A stretch of DNA of 32,590 nt, taken from a virus (lineage: Duplodnaviria > Caudoviricetes). This document shows positions 8,601-18,013 of the stretch, piece by piece. The first letter of the stretch is position 1. Every line of letters starts with the position of its first letter. The notes under the pieces are model-generated. The model worked only from the letters and a program-made list of their open reading frames with translations. It ran no database searches and was not told the origin of the DNA. The DNA lies in the IMG/VR virus record IMGVR_UViG_3300017774_000595, positions 1-32,590 of that record. One strand, written 5' to 3'. The position numbers and the translations under genes are program-made.

Positions 8601-10981
8601 TCAAAGCCGGGACCACGATCCAGCAACTTTGCAAAGACTTCTTCCATCTCCTTGGAGACCTTGATGTCCGTGGGACTTCCCTTGATCTCTCGGTAAATGT
8701 CGGTAAGCCAGTTGGCCAACTTGCTAAACAGGCCCTCAAGACCAGCGGGGGCTTCGCCGGTACGGAGGTAAGTCAGCATTCCGGCGGCAAAGCGCTCCTC
8801 AGCGTCCACCGACCAGTTCCAGCGGCCGTCAACCTCAGAAGCGCCGGACCAGCGTGCAGCCGTATCGATGTCGGCATCGCTGATGTTGAAACGGACCTGC
8901 TGCGGGATGTCCTTGTCGAACAGTTGGCGGCGGGCCACATGGGTGATCTCTTCGATCGCCGTGGACACATCCGGATTGCTCAGACCGCCAATGATGGCCT
9001 TACCATCCTCCGCGAATGCCGCAAAGCCGCGAACCTCGGTTTCCGTTGCCTGCTCAAGGAACTTCGGGGTAGTCCCATAAATCTTCCTAATGAACTTTCG
9101 GGCGTCGGGCCCAAGGCGGCTAAGGCTCACTCCACTGGACTTTAGGTAATCGTCTAGAAGGATCTTGACTTCAGCCTTATCAGCCTGAACTTCACTCTTG
9201 CGGACGGCAGTAGACAGGCCTTCCCGGCTCTGCCAATACTCTCCAGCAATGCTCATCATGTCGCCGATGACTGTGCGGTCAAACGGAGAAGTGAGCATTC
9301 TAGGCTCTGTCGGAACTCCGATTACTTCATCCCATTCACGAACAGCGGGCTTAGCAGCCCTTTCCTGATACAGGAACTTGGCGGGGTCACCGTAGGTGAC
9401 ATTCTTGGCGAACACCACATTGCCGACCTGAACCACCTCATCGGCAGCCGTGATCGGACGCATGGTCTCTCGGTCGTAGAAGTACGAATGGCGTTCAAGA
9501 TCGGCACCGACCTGTCGCCACTCTCCGGGATTGTTCATGGCCTCGTCGGCGAGGGCCTTGGCCTCGGCCGCGCTCATCGGCTTCCAGTTGCCCTTGACCG
9601 TGGCAATGCTGTCCCGGGCCTTGCCCGCGGCGACACCAAGGGCGGCCTTCTCCTGAATGCCGAACTTGGCATCCGTGACAACCGCCGTGGCCTCATAGCC
9701 AATCGAGGTACCGGCAGAGAATCCCGACTGCTGCTCGTGGACGGAGACAATCCACACGCCGTTGTCCCGGTAGGCAGGAATGTCCAGACGGACGGCAACC
9801 GCGTCACCCTCCTTTAGGGTGGTCGAGGGGGCTCCGAATCGCGGAGCCTTGTCTGAACTCAGGGCTCGGGCAGCCTCTTCGCCGGTAATGGGAACCGGCA
9901 CCTCTGTGTACAGTTGAACCGGCTTGTACTTGTTGACGATCTCCGCGTAGTCTTCGCGGGTGATCTCGCCATTCTTGAGTTTCTGTGCGGCCTCCTGAAG
10001 TTCCGGCACGCGGGCACCGAACTTGGGGGCGGTCTGCTCAAGGGCACCTGCGGCTCGCTCGTAGACAGTCTGCGCCTCGTCGCCAGCGACAATGGTCAGG
10101 CCCTTACGATCGAGACCCATCCGATCGATCAGGATGTTGGTAGCCTCGGCCTGCTCATCGGTGAGTCCAAAGGCTGCCTTGATCTTCTCCCGCTGCTCTC
10201 CGCGGATCTTGATGCCTTCGGTGGCCATGGCAGAATTCGGGTCCAAGCCATTGTTCTTGGCAAAGAACCCGGCCTTGTACATCCGAAAAGCGTTGAACAG
10301 GCCTTCGGTCATGCCTCCGACCAACAGACCCTCGACTGCGTTCTTGAGACGGCCTTCGATTTCGTGATCGTTCTCGTCGGCGGCGAGATACGCGGTGAAG
10401 GGGTCGGTGAGACCGACATGTTCCCGAAGCAGGTTGCTCAGGCGGGCCTCATGGCCATCGAAAGTACCGAAGTCTGCCACAGCACCAGCCACGGAGCCCT
10501 TGACGAATGCCTTGGCACCCTTGAGGGCAACGGCCTTCTTGATCTGTCCAGATGCCTTGGCGACATCGGCAGCGGTATCGACAGCCTTCGCCAACTTGCC
10601 GATCTTGCCGATCTTGCCGATCTTGCCAGCAATGCCCACTCCGGGGATGAACCCGGTCATGAAGTTGGCGATGCCCTCGGTGATGCCACCGGCCACCGTC
10701 TTGGACGGCTCCATGATCCCGAAGTAGTCGGGCACATCGTAGTCAGAGAACGGCATCACGGCCAAATCGGCCACATCCGAGGCTGCCCCGAGGACTCCAC
10801 GGAATACACCCTTGCCGATGTCCGCGGCATATCCACCGACACCCAAGGGCTCCTCAGCCATAGGCTGCTGCTGCATGGTGGTCAGTTCATTATCTGCCAC
10901 GGCCTTAGTCGCGCCACGGGAGGATGTCCGGGTAGACAGCAGCCCGTAAGCCTCATCCGAGAGTGAAGAAAATTGGCTCAT
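5645..10981 (-). CDS. Large internal virion (DNA ejection) protein, T7 gp16-like position
   Basis: 1778 aa ORF between the gp15-like gene and the tail fibre. C-terminal motifs (NSILSGPVTH, PTRFLTAEDEFFKQ, PFIRTPTN, GWQPYSIKVG) resemble those of environmental podovirus internal proteins. Confidence 0.85.
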   Translation of the reverse strand: MSQFSSLSDEAYGLLSTRTSSRGATKAVADNELTTMQQQPMAEEPLGVGGYAADIGKGVFRGVLGAASDVADLAVMPFSDYDVPDYFGIMEPSKTVAGGITEGIANFMTGFIPGVGIAGKIGKIGKIGKLAKAVDTAADVAKASGQIKKAVALKGAKAFVKGSVAGAVADFGTFDGHEARLSNLLREHVGLTDPFTAYLAADENDHEIEGRLKNAVEGLLVGGMTEGLFNAFRMYKAGFFAKNNGLDPNSAMATEGIKIRGEQREKIKAAFGLTDEQAEATNILIDRMGLDRKGLTIVAGDEAQTVYERAAGALEQTAPKFGARVPELQEAAQKLKNGEITREDYAEIVNKYKPVQLYTEVPVPITGEEAARALSSDKAPRFGAPSTTLKEGDAVAVRLDIPAYRDNGVWIVSVHEQQSGFSAGTSIGYEATAVVTDAKFGIQEKAALGVAAGKARDSIATVKGNWKPMSAAEAKALADEAMNNPGEWRQVGADLERHSYFYDRETMRPITAADEVVQVGNVVFAKNVTYGDPAKFLYQERAAKPAVREWDEVIGVPTEPRMLTSPFDRTVIGDMMSIAGEYWQSREGLSTAVRKSEVQADKAEVKILLDDYLKSSGVSLSRLGPDARKFIRKIYGTTPKFLEQATETEVRGFAAFAEDGKAIIGGLSNPDVSTAIEEITHVARRQLFDKDIPQQVRFNISDADIDTAARWSGASEVDGRWNWSVDAEERFAAGMLTYLRTGEAPAGLEGLFSKLANWLTDIYREIKGSPTDIKVSKEMEEVFAKLLDRGPGFDRAGAAAAAGAAVLRSTTPSPGSVGLGKPPEKELNLERFSSIDEVNRGIDEIIGREPLASTLPESSRTIESVVARAQPVADELRAIVGMEGLDMQRMVNSGTASRYQIEEATIKLVGMRKFAANAGNRLTVLAKKGRAASREEMYEFLVGERALTIVLQTIKERSREIARGLGAMRYVPDPDKTFTFLPPLPKPGEAVSPGAVVPPPGSAVPSPGSIPTEAPRMPVEAPDAIPTSAMPEATPRVPEAPEAVPAPVAAIPDISSLSPEAVEAIQRRIIEQAGGEDVIRASMERYMAAAAGGGDEAVLRMARGQRSYMGALVEFWMNSILSGPVTHAVNNSANLLTSLYMPFERILGATLQGDMKTASATLKHYSFMLQQASDAVKMAGVAMKMDSNVLDTVATRETGNARALSATGLGLNEDSVFGQAANWVGKALNLPTRFLTAEDEFFKQLNYRASFMSELHVEGLRRFSGDTAQAARWANETFNRAIQDGQMYARDVVLQRAYKAADEAIAAGTIPTTDRGLFVGRYMNDSNNWDSRLGVMSQRAIDSARQTTFSTPLTTDPSAPVTTQIAARMQAAANVHPVIRFLLPFIRTPTNLLNFTLSRTLPVNGMHDLRLAYKEYGKLLNHSDAAVRADATGRLAFSFALTTGVYMAASGGKITGGGPKNKGERDTLMQAGWQPYSIKVGDKYYSYKREDPFSSMIGLVADITEGMKYADERHMDALGGATNAIVLAVARNITNKTYLTGITNVTNALSNPEQFGPTLVNQYVSSLVPFSAALDQSKSTVADDAVLRDARNMVDAIYAKIPFLAENVPPQRNVLGEAMTKPTALGPDIFSPITYTQVTDDQILAEFGLLGHGFTPPKATRGALDLTQFKTAGGQEAYDRWLELHGAVKVKGQNLRQALLKTIKSRDYQKLSPATTDDYDSPRVRVIRGIISKYRAAAYEQLLKESPDLKQADRLDFANKQALRMGRSAQELFDLANR
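10595..10627. repeat. 9-bp tandem repeat (CTTGCCGAT x about 3.7) encoding GKIGKIGKIGK
   Basis: Read directly from the sequence inside the gp16-like gene. Confidence 0.9.
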
Positions 10982-10990
10982 GTATATTCC

Positions 10991-13678
10991 TTAGGGGAGA
11001 GGCTTGCGATCGCGGAGCAATGCAAGTTGCTCTGCCCGGAAATCAGCAAACGACATATTAGAAAGGGGAAGAAGAGTTTCAGCAATGATCCCGGTCTTTC
11101 CGCTGCTGTTTGAATACTCGTCCATTGCCTTGGAGAAATCTTCGACTGACCTGAAATACAGGTATTCCGTTGGGTCCAAGTTAGCCTTAGCGATCTTGAC
11201 GCCTTCGCTTGTCATTCCGGTTGAAAGTTCGTCAGGGGTGTACCCGACCATTGCCTTTGCTGCCCAATATCGGCGGGTTGCTACAGCGTTCATGGCCGAT
11301 TTGCCATCAAGGGACACGGATGAATACACACCATCCGGCTTGAACTGGTACAAAGGAGAATCAGCAACAGGCCCCTTCATGCCACGAAGGGCATTGGGAA
11401 GGTTGTCAGGCTTCTCAGTGCGCGGGGTAATCGTGCGCATTTCACTAAGGACACCCTCGGCCAACTTATCAAGACGGGCCTTGGCTTCGTTATGCGCAAC
11501 CCGCTTTTCCGGAGACGACTGCGCTTCAGCAGCAAGTTGGGACACTTCTCTGGAAGTCTCGACCAACTTGACTTCTGACGGGAAAAGTGGGTTGTATTCG
11601 GGCCTACGGTCAAACATGGCACCGGTCTTGAATTCAGAAATGCCACGAGAAACGGGACGGACGGCAGCAGCCCCCGGAGCAGTGGCAGGTTCAACCTGAG
11701 CCTGTGCACCACGAAGAACGGCGACATAGTTGCTAGGAAGGCCCAACTTCTCGGGTGCCGTGGTCAATTCGATCTGAAGGCGATCAGCAATGTCGGGCAG
11801 GCGCTCAAACAGGGCCCGCTTTCGCTGCTCAAGGCTCAGGGGAGGCTGTCCGTTTTCAGACAGGATCGTTCCCCATTCCGAACGAACACGCTCGTATAGA
11901 ACGGCACTGATGCGCCGCCCGAGTCCCGAGGCAAAGTATCCCTCAGGAATGCCGGGAATATCTGCCATGACCGACTCTGCGAATGTGGACGCTTCAGCCT
12001 TGATGTCAGACCCAACGGTTGCATCGAACGATGCCGCAAGATTGGCTTGATCGATCTTGGAACGATGCTGAGCCATCAGGGAGGTCTGCGTTTCCCCAAC
12101 AATCCGGGCCATAACTTGATCCCGGGCCATTGCCTGCTGCGCCTCGTCGGGATACTTCTGCTTGAACTCGGCGCTGTTGACCTCGGCAAAGAACTTTGCC
12201 ATGGTGTCGGATGCAGCCTTGTTACCGATCGAGGAAAGTTCGGCATTAGCATCGCGGGCGATTTGGCTATCGCCAAGGCCGGTCCAAGATGTGCCGGTGA
12301 TCGTGGCCAGACGCAGATTCATCTGCTGGCGGTCCCCATCAGACAGGGAAAAGAAGGATCGGTTCTGTGCCACTAGTTGGTTGTACTGAGCCACGGTAAT
12401 TAGTTCATTTGCCAGCATTCCGCTCAGGTAATCACGGTATGCACCCGGCTCCATCGTCTGTGAGTTACGACTGGCCTGATCGAACGAGATGTTCTCTTGA
12501 CGGGGATCGCGGGGCTCAGGCTTGTTCAGGGCATCGACATAGTTACGCGCCCAATCGACCAAGCGACCACGGACACCGACCTTGATGTCCTCGTCCATGT
12601 TGACACCGGCCATGTTCTTATCGACCAGTTCCATGACTTCCTGCATATTCAGAGACAGGAATCGGGTGCTCTTCTTCATGCCCTGAAATTCGGCAATCAG
12701 TTTGTCCTCGACTGCGATTCCCGCGATTTGCTTACGGGACTCACGATTGCGGCCATCATCCAACTCGGCTTCCCGACTCTTGCGTTCAATCAGGTCGTAG
12801 GTTTCCTGAAGACGGGCTCGGTGGCGGGCACCCATGGTGCGGTCACCGATCTTCTCCTCGATGGGGTATCGAAGGAGTTCTAGGGCTCGGTCGTAGTCGC
12901 CCTCGGAGGCAAGACCCTTGGCTGCGTTCAGGACACCATTGGCGACAATCTCGTCACCGTCCTGACCGCCGTCCTTGTAGTATCGGTCACTGAGAACCTT
13001 GAGTGCTCCGTTCTTGCCGAACAGTGAAGGAATATCGGGATTGGTCTCGATTGAAAACTGAATGCCGTCAGCCAGTGTGTCGCGGCTGGCATCCATGACC
13101 TTCTGCCTACGGGCACCCATAAGGCGGTCGTAGAACGAGTTATCGGCCTCTGCGCGGGCTGCTGCCGCACCCTTGTTCATGAAGTAACTATTGGTAGGGA
13201 CACCCGCAGCCTCGTACAACTTGGACATCTGCTCAGCCACATAGGTCGGAGGACGGACGGTTCCATCCTCGTTGTACGGGTTGCTCAGGTCATCGAGGTT
13301 GTTGTAGAGTTCGTTCCGATACCTGTCCCGGACCAAACGCTGGCCATATGCCTCAAGGAACGACTGATACCGCCACGGGGCAATTCCTCCGGAGTTCTCG
13401 ATGGCTTCGGCGGCCTTTCGGCGCAAGACCTCGGGGTCCTTTTCGGAAGTGGCCTCGTATACCCCGTATTCCTTCTGTGCAGCAATGTTGGCTGCCATGG
13501 CATCGGATGCAAGGCGGCCAAGTTGGGGGCTGATGTCAGCGAGGGCGGCCGCAACCTGTAGGATCTTCGGCTGTTCCGGCTGGCGCAGCATCGGCCGAAA
13601 GTATGTATCAATCGGCACGGCCGTTGGCTGAACGATCCGCTGAGGATCGAACTGCGGGTTCTGTCGCTGAATTGCCAT
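10991..13678 (-). CDS. Internal virion protein, T7 gp15-like position
   Basis: 895 aa, largely helical composition. Call rests on synteny and an N-terminal IVQPTAVPIDTYFRP...LADISPQL pattern. Confidence 0.75.
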   Translation of the reverse strand: MAIQRQNPQFDPQRIVQPTAVPIDTYFRPMLRQPEQPKILQVAAALADISPQLGRLASDAMAANIAAQKEYGVYEATSEKDPEVLRRKAAEAIENSGGIAPWRYQSFLEAYGQRLVRDRYRNELYNNLDDLSNPYNEDGTVRPPTYVAEQMSKLYEAAGVPTNSYFMNKGAAAARAEADNSFYDRLMGARRQKVMDASRDTLADGIQFSIETNPDIPSLFGKNGALKVLSDRYYKDGGQDGDEIVANGVLNAAKGLASEGDYDRALELLRYPIEEKIGDRTMGARHRARLQETYDLIERKSREAELDDGRNRESRKQIAGIAVEDKLIAEFQGMKKSTRFLSLNMQEVMELVDKNMAGVNMDEDIKVGVRGRLVDWARNYVDALNKPEPRDPRQENISFDQASRNSQTMEPGAYRDYLSGMLANELITVAQYNQLVAQNRSFFSLSDGDRQQMNLRLATITGTSWTGLGDSQIARDANAELSSIGNKAASDTMAKFFAEVNSAEFKQKYPDEAQQAMARDQVMARIVGETQTSLMAQHRSKIDQANLAASFDATVGSDIKAEASTFAESVMADIPGIPEGYFASGLGRRISAVLYERVRSEWGTILSENGQPPLSLEQRKRALFERLPDIADRLQIELTTAPEKLGLPSNYVAVLRGAQAQVEPATAPGAAAVRPVSRGISEFKTGAMFDRRPEYNPLFPSEVKLVETSREVSQLAAEAQSSPEKRVAHNEAKARLDKLAEGVLSEMRTITPRTEKPDNLPNALRGMKGPVADSPLYQFKPDGVYSSVSLDGKSAMNAVATRRYWAAKAMVGYTPDELSTGMTSEGVKIAKANLDPTEYLYFRSVEDFSKAMDEYSNSSGKTGIIAETLLPLSNMSFADFRAEQLALLRDRKPLP

Positions 13679-13684
13679 ATGTGG

Positions 13685-14329
13685 TTACCTCGTTCCGAGC
13701 GGGCCAGCATTGAAGCCTGCACGGACAACATCGCGGTCGAAGGTGTTGAAGTACATAGTTCCGGCCGAGGAGGCCGCACCTCCAACCACACCGATACCGG
13801 TGGCCAAGATGCTCGGATAATTGACCGGCTGCGGAGTCATGCTCATGACGCGGCCTTGGTACTCGCTGCGGGCCGCTTCCTTAGACTGTTCCAATTGGAA
13901 CATCGTGCCACGCAACTGCTGCTGCGTAGCCTCCATGAAGCCGTATTCCCGCCGGAAGTAATCGTTCATGAGCATATCGACGCTCAGGCCCTGAACACCA
14001 CCCTCAGCGGCAGAAGCACCGGCCATAGCCCTAGCCTGAGCGGCTTGGCTAGAGATGGCCTGCATCTCCATGGCAGCCTTGCGCTGCTCTTCAGCCTGCC
14101 TTTGGGTTATTCCAGCGTACTGCGAGGCGAGTGCCTGATCGGCAATCTCCTTGTTCATGTCATACATGCGCTGCTGGTATTGAGCCTGATCGGCTGCTGC
14201 CTGCTGCTGGCCGATGTGTGACATGATCGGTGCCGCCACCGATGCAATAACGGATGCCGCAATGACGGCATTCATTGCCAAAGCCTGACCGGCTGTAATT
14301 AGAGCCGGTACCGCTGCGATGATGCACAT
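13685..14329 (-). CDS. Internal virion protein, T7 gp14-like
   Basis: MC- start, hydrophobic N-terminus, Ala/Gln-rich helices and the AEGGVQGLSVDML motif. Confidence 0.85.
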   Translation of the reverse strand: MCIIAAVPALITAGQALAMNAVIAASVIASVAAPIMSHIGQQQAAADQAQYQQRMYDMNKEIADQALASQYAGITQRQAEEQRKAAMEMQAISSQAAQARAMAGASAAEGGVQGLSVDMLMNDYFRREYGFMEATQQQLRGTMFQLEQSKEAARSEYQGRVMSMTPQPVNYPSILATGIGVVGGAASSAGTMYFNTFDRDVVRAGFNAGPLGTR

Positions 14330-14332
14330 GGA

Positions 14333-14833
14333 TTATTCCTTGATTCTGAGAAACTGATGAAATTCTTCCCCATTGACTCCGACAGGAGCGCTTTGGATTA
14401 CGCGGAAGCCTAGCCACTTGAGCCACTTGATGTGGACCTGATTGCGGGCATCGGCCCAATTCCACAGGACTTCGTAGTCCTCGTGAAGGACATCTGCCCA
14501 ATGGCGTGACTGGCGAAGGAAGGAGTAGCGGACATCTTGGATTCCGGGGCTGCCCAAGAGCCAGACATTGCCAATAGACAGGTTATCGCCCTGTAGGGCA
14601 GACCGGCTGCACCCGAACATGCCGATTACATCCCGATTGTCTCGGATGATAGAGAAACAGGATGTGCTCATGGCAACGCTGTCGATCAGGGCCTTGTCGG
14701 GCTGCACGCCCAAAGCCCAACACTCATCCTGATCTTCCTGACGGAGGCGGTAGGCCAGAAGCCTTTCGTCTCCCGGCTCAGCGGGGCGGACGAACAGTTC
14801 AGAGCCTTTTCGAACGGGATTCGTAGGAGGCAT
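14333..14833 (-). CDS. T7 gp13-like internal virion protein A (GNAT-like fold)
   Basis: LRQEDQDEC, VWLLGS and LWNWADARNQVHIKWLKWLGF; located after tail tube B. The start codon is uncertain. Confidence 0.85.
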   Translation of the reverse strand: MPPTNPVRKGSELFVRPAEPGDERLLAYRLRQEDQDECWALGVQPDKALIDSVAMSTSCFSIIRDNRDVIGMFGCSRSALQGDNLSIGNVWLLGSPGIQDVRYSFLRQSRHWADVLHEDYEVLWNWADARNQVHIKWLKWLGFRVIQSAPVGVNGEEFHQFLRIKE

Positions 14834-17309
14834 CGATTTCTGCGCTCAGGAAGTTGCAGGGGAGGTGAGTGTCGTTCTTGAGGGTGATGAACAGTTCATC
14901 GTTCTTTCCATAAAGAGGGAACCTGAACGATCCGTATTCTACCGGGACATTTCCGATAACCGCCTGACCCGTTCCGAGAATGTTCCCGGAGAAGGTGTAG
15001 TCGAACAGCGTGTTGGTGTACCGCTGGACAACCTCGGCCTTGAAGAACGAGGTGTTGCTGTAGACCACGGTCATACCACGCAACTGAAACCTACCGGTTG
15101 ACAGGGTAACAGGGCGCTGGCCATCCGATTGACGGAGGTATTGGGTGGAGAACTGGTACCGCATGGTGTACTTCTCGCCTACCCAAACAGTCTTCCCTTC
15201 CCAATTTCCTCTAACCTTGATCGTGGAAGCACCGACAACTGCTTCGGTCACATCCAATTCGTACCCGGCTTCCTGAACTGAGGTTGCCTGCTGCACAACA
15301 GAAACGGTTGCTCCGGCCTGAACTAGGTACGGCAACTGGATGGTTGTTTCATCGGATGCCGAGTTGTAGTCTCCAGCCGTGGCCAAGTCGGTGGATCGTC
15401 GGTCCAAGCAGGTAACAAACTCAGAGTTTGTGTCCTTGCGGTTGGGCTCAACTATGATCCTTTCCAAGAACAGGCCTTCAGTCCCGCGCTGTAGGACGAG
15501 GTACAGGGATGACCTCAGCCATGCCATTCCACGGATGGTGGCCCCACGGAAGTTCCACTCGGACCACGAGGACTGGATGCGGTTCCCGTCCGCATCAAAC
15601 CACTTGTAGATGTACAGGGAATCGTTATCCCCGTAGGCCTGACAGGCAAGGATGTTCTCGTGGGTAGTACCGGCGATGACCTTCATGTTCCCGGGGATGT
15701 ACTTCGGGACCTGAGCGGACACCTCGGGAGCAACGAGCAGGGTTCCGTCAGCCTGATTGGGCATGAAGGCCCGCACTCCGGAGTATCCACCGCGGACAAA
15801 GGAAAAGAAGACCTCCTGACCGATCAGGACAGGACGGCACGAACGCAGAATCTCGTAGTTCGCAATTGGGGCCATCCGAACGGTAGAGGCCGACAGGGTG
15901 GACGGGGAGTCTAGGACAAACTGCACCTTATCCGAGAACAGAAGCAATCGTTCAGAGAACGAAACAGCGTGCCTGAGGATGGTGATTTCGGGATAACTCG
16001 ATGCCACATCGATCGGGTCCGTATCCAACAGATTGGCAGCAGTAGTGCGCCAGAAGTTGAAGTAGTTGGCCGATTCGCTCAGGATCACGCTTTCATCGGC
16101 GAGGAACCCGAGGCGTCCTCGAAACAGGAAGATGTCGTTGATTGTTCGGCCAACAAAGGATGGGGCGGGGTTGGTGAAATCGTCGCCAGCAATGCGGTCG
16201 TTCCACTTGACATCGGTTCCGGGGACAATGCCGGTTCCGGGGTTGAAACCAACGCCGTTAGCGGGTTTGAACACGAAGTCCCCATTGGGAAGCCTGATCA
16301 GCACCCAAGGCATGCTCGTGTAGGTGTACTTGAAGACAATCCCCGGCCCAACCGTCTCAATCCACTCACCCTTGCCGATTCCGGTTGCCCCGTTCTTCGA
16401 CACAAACTTCACCCAATAGTTGTCAACAGCCTCTTGGGCATTGCCGGAGACATCCACAATCATCCCGCCCTTTGCAACAGCGGGAAGGTCGGCGAAGGAC
16501 TGGACAGAACCCTTTACAAGTTTCAGGCCATTTCCACCCAAGCCATCGGAAACTGACTGGTCAAAGGGGTTAGTTCTGGACATGTGGATGACATAATTAC
16601 CGGAACCTCGGGTAATTGTGAAAGCATTGTTTCCAGTCAATCCTGTAGCGGCTGTTGCAATCTGATCCTTCAGTGCAGAGGCAATCACCACAGTATCGGC
16701 GTGCGATGTATCGGTAAAAGTCTCTCCATCGTTGGTGCCGCTAAAAACTCCTCCGGTATGGCTCTGCTTGTCAGAAGTATACGAAGCAGCAAGAGTCCCC
16801 AAGACTTGATACTTTGTGGCGTAAGCGCCCTGCTGGACCCACACAAGGGATTCATTGGCCTGTGCAGGGCTCAGGTTACCTGCGCCGCTCTGTAGGGACA
16901 CCGTTTGGTGGACATTCAGGATGAAAGTAAAGTCTGCGATGGATACGGCCTTGAATGCCGTGGCAACACCGGCGGAAACCTGGCCAGCCGTCAGATCCAA
17001 ATAGGCTGTACCGTCCGGGACATTTACAGTCTTTTCGACACCGTTCTGATCGAACACCTTGATGCTGTTGTCACGGACAACCACGATGTATGAATCAGAC
17101 CCATCACCACGGTCGATGGCGTGGACGAAGGCATCTCCAGCCGATCCGCTGAGGATCTTGGCCAAGTGCTCGGTCGGAGGCCGCTTACCCAACCCGTCCA
17201 CAACGCTGGAATAGGCGTTCTCCTGAATCTCAGCCTGCGTTGGAAAACGGAGGTTGGCGGGCTGCTGAGAGACACCGTTCAACAGGTTCGGGATTGCAAT
17301 GTTCAGCAT
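14799..17309 (-). CDS. Tail tubular protein B / nozzle (T7 gp12-like)
   Basis: IPNLLNGVSQQP, GLGKRPP, PSFVGRTINDIFLFRGRLGFL, DTDPID and QSSWSEW. Confidence 0.95.
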   Translation of the reverse strand: MLNIAIPNLLNGVSQQPANLRFPTQAEIQENAYSSVVDGLGKRPPTEHLAKILSGSAGDAFVHAIDRGDGSDSYIVVVRDNSIKVFDQNGVEKTVNVPDGTAYLDLTAGQVSAGVATAFKAVSIADFTFILNVHQTVSLQSGAGNLSPAQANESLVWVQQGAYATKYQVLGTLAASYTSDKQSHTGGVFSGTNDGETFTDTSHADTVVIASALKDQIATAATGLTGNNAFTITRGSGNYVIHMSRTNPFDQSVSDGLGGNGLKLVKGSVQSFADLPAVAKGGMIVDVSGNAQEAVDNYWVKFVSKNGATGIGKGEWIETVGPGIVFKYTYTSMPWVLIRLPNGDFVFKPANGVGFNPGTGIVPGTDVKWNDRIAGDDFTNPAPSFVGRTINDIFLFRGRLGFLADESVILSESANYFNFWRTTAANLLDTDPIDVASSYPEITILRHAVSFSERLLLFSDKVQFVLDSPSTLSASTVRMAPIANYEILRSCRPVLIGQEVFFSFVRGGYSGVRAFMPNQADGTLLVAPEVSAQVPKYIPGNMKVIAGTTHENILACQAYGDNDSLYIYKWFDADGNRIQSSWSEWNFRGATIRGMAWLRSSLYLVLQRGTEGLFLERIIVEPNRKDTNSEFVTCLDRRSTDLATAGDYNSASDETTIQLPYLVQAGATVSVVQQATSVQEAGYELDVTEAVVGASTIKVRGNWEGKTVWVGEKYTMRYQFSTQYLRQSDGQRPVTLSTGRFQLRGMTVVYSNTSFFKAEVVQRYTNTLFDYTFSGNILGTGQAVIGNVPVEYGSFRFPLYGKNDELFITLKNDTHLPCNFLSAEIDASYESRSKRL

Positions 17310-17316
17310 CGTTTCC

Positions 17317-17928
17317 TCAAATCTGGTACGGGTACCGGCGATCGATCACGCGGTAGACATCATAGTTGTCGAAGATCGAGTGGTCAGCGGTCTCGCCTTC
17401 GTATTTCTTCAGGTTTGACAGGGCGATGATCTCGTCCTGTTGGGTATAGGTGTGGTGCTTGTCGGACCCTACCGTTCGATCCTGAAAGATCCGGGCCGCT
17501 CGGATGGAGATGTAGTGGCGGGCAGCCTGCGGAAGGTCGTCCCACTCCAGAATGCGGATCAGACGAACCTTCTCGACCGGTCCGTCAAACTGGAAAGAGT
17601 TGGTCTTGCGGTTGTACATCTTGGCTCCCCGCATGGTGATGTCCAGACCTTCATTGTCCGGAAAATCGACATCAACCATCACGATATTGGAGGCCAAGAC
17701 GATCTCCTTGGTCACCGGGTCAGGGCTCAGGGTGACATTCTCTTCGGTGTTGAAGTGCCAGCCACGGGACTGGACATTCAGGCTGACCTCATCGAGGGTG
17801 TTCATGGCCATGGCCACATCAGCCGAATTGGGGGCATTGGGCCCCGTCAACTGGTTCACCGGGGCAGAGCCGATGGTGGCCAGCATGGTGTTAACGGCCT
17901 GAAGCCGGGTAGTGGTCGTTAGTGGCAT
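17317..17928 (-). CDS. Tail tubular protein A / adaptor (T7 gp11-like)
   Basis: From ATG 17928 (SD CAGGAG): LQAVNTMLATIGSAPV, VQSRGWHFNTE, LPQAARHYISIRAARIFQ. Confidence 0.95.
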   Translation of the reverse strand: MPLTTTTRLQAVNTMLATIGSAPVNQLTGPNAPNSADVAMAMNTLDEVSLNVQSRGWHFNTEENVTLSPDPVTKEIVLASNIVMVDVDFPDNEGLDITMRGAKMYNRKTNSFQFDGPVEKVRLIRILEWDDLPQAARHYISIRAARIFQDRTVGSDKHHTYTQQDEIIALSNLKKYEGETADHSIFDNYDVYRVIDRRYPYQI

Positions 17929-17945
17929 GGTTTCTCCTGAAAAGG

Positions 17946-17980
17946 TAAAAAGGCCCGACCACATTTCTGTGATCGGGCCC
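17946..17980 (-). terminator. Rho-independent terminator after the major capsid gene (T-phi-like)
   Basis: Minus strand GGCCCGATCAC-AGAAAT-GTGGTCGGGCC-TTTTT: an 11-bp stem with one G-U pair, followed by a U tract. Confidence 0.9.
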
Positions 17981-18013
17981 TTGGTTAGCACGCGGGAAGG
18001 CCCGCGGAATTAA

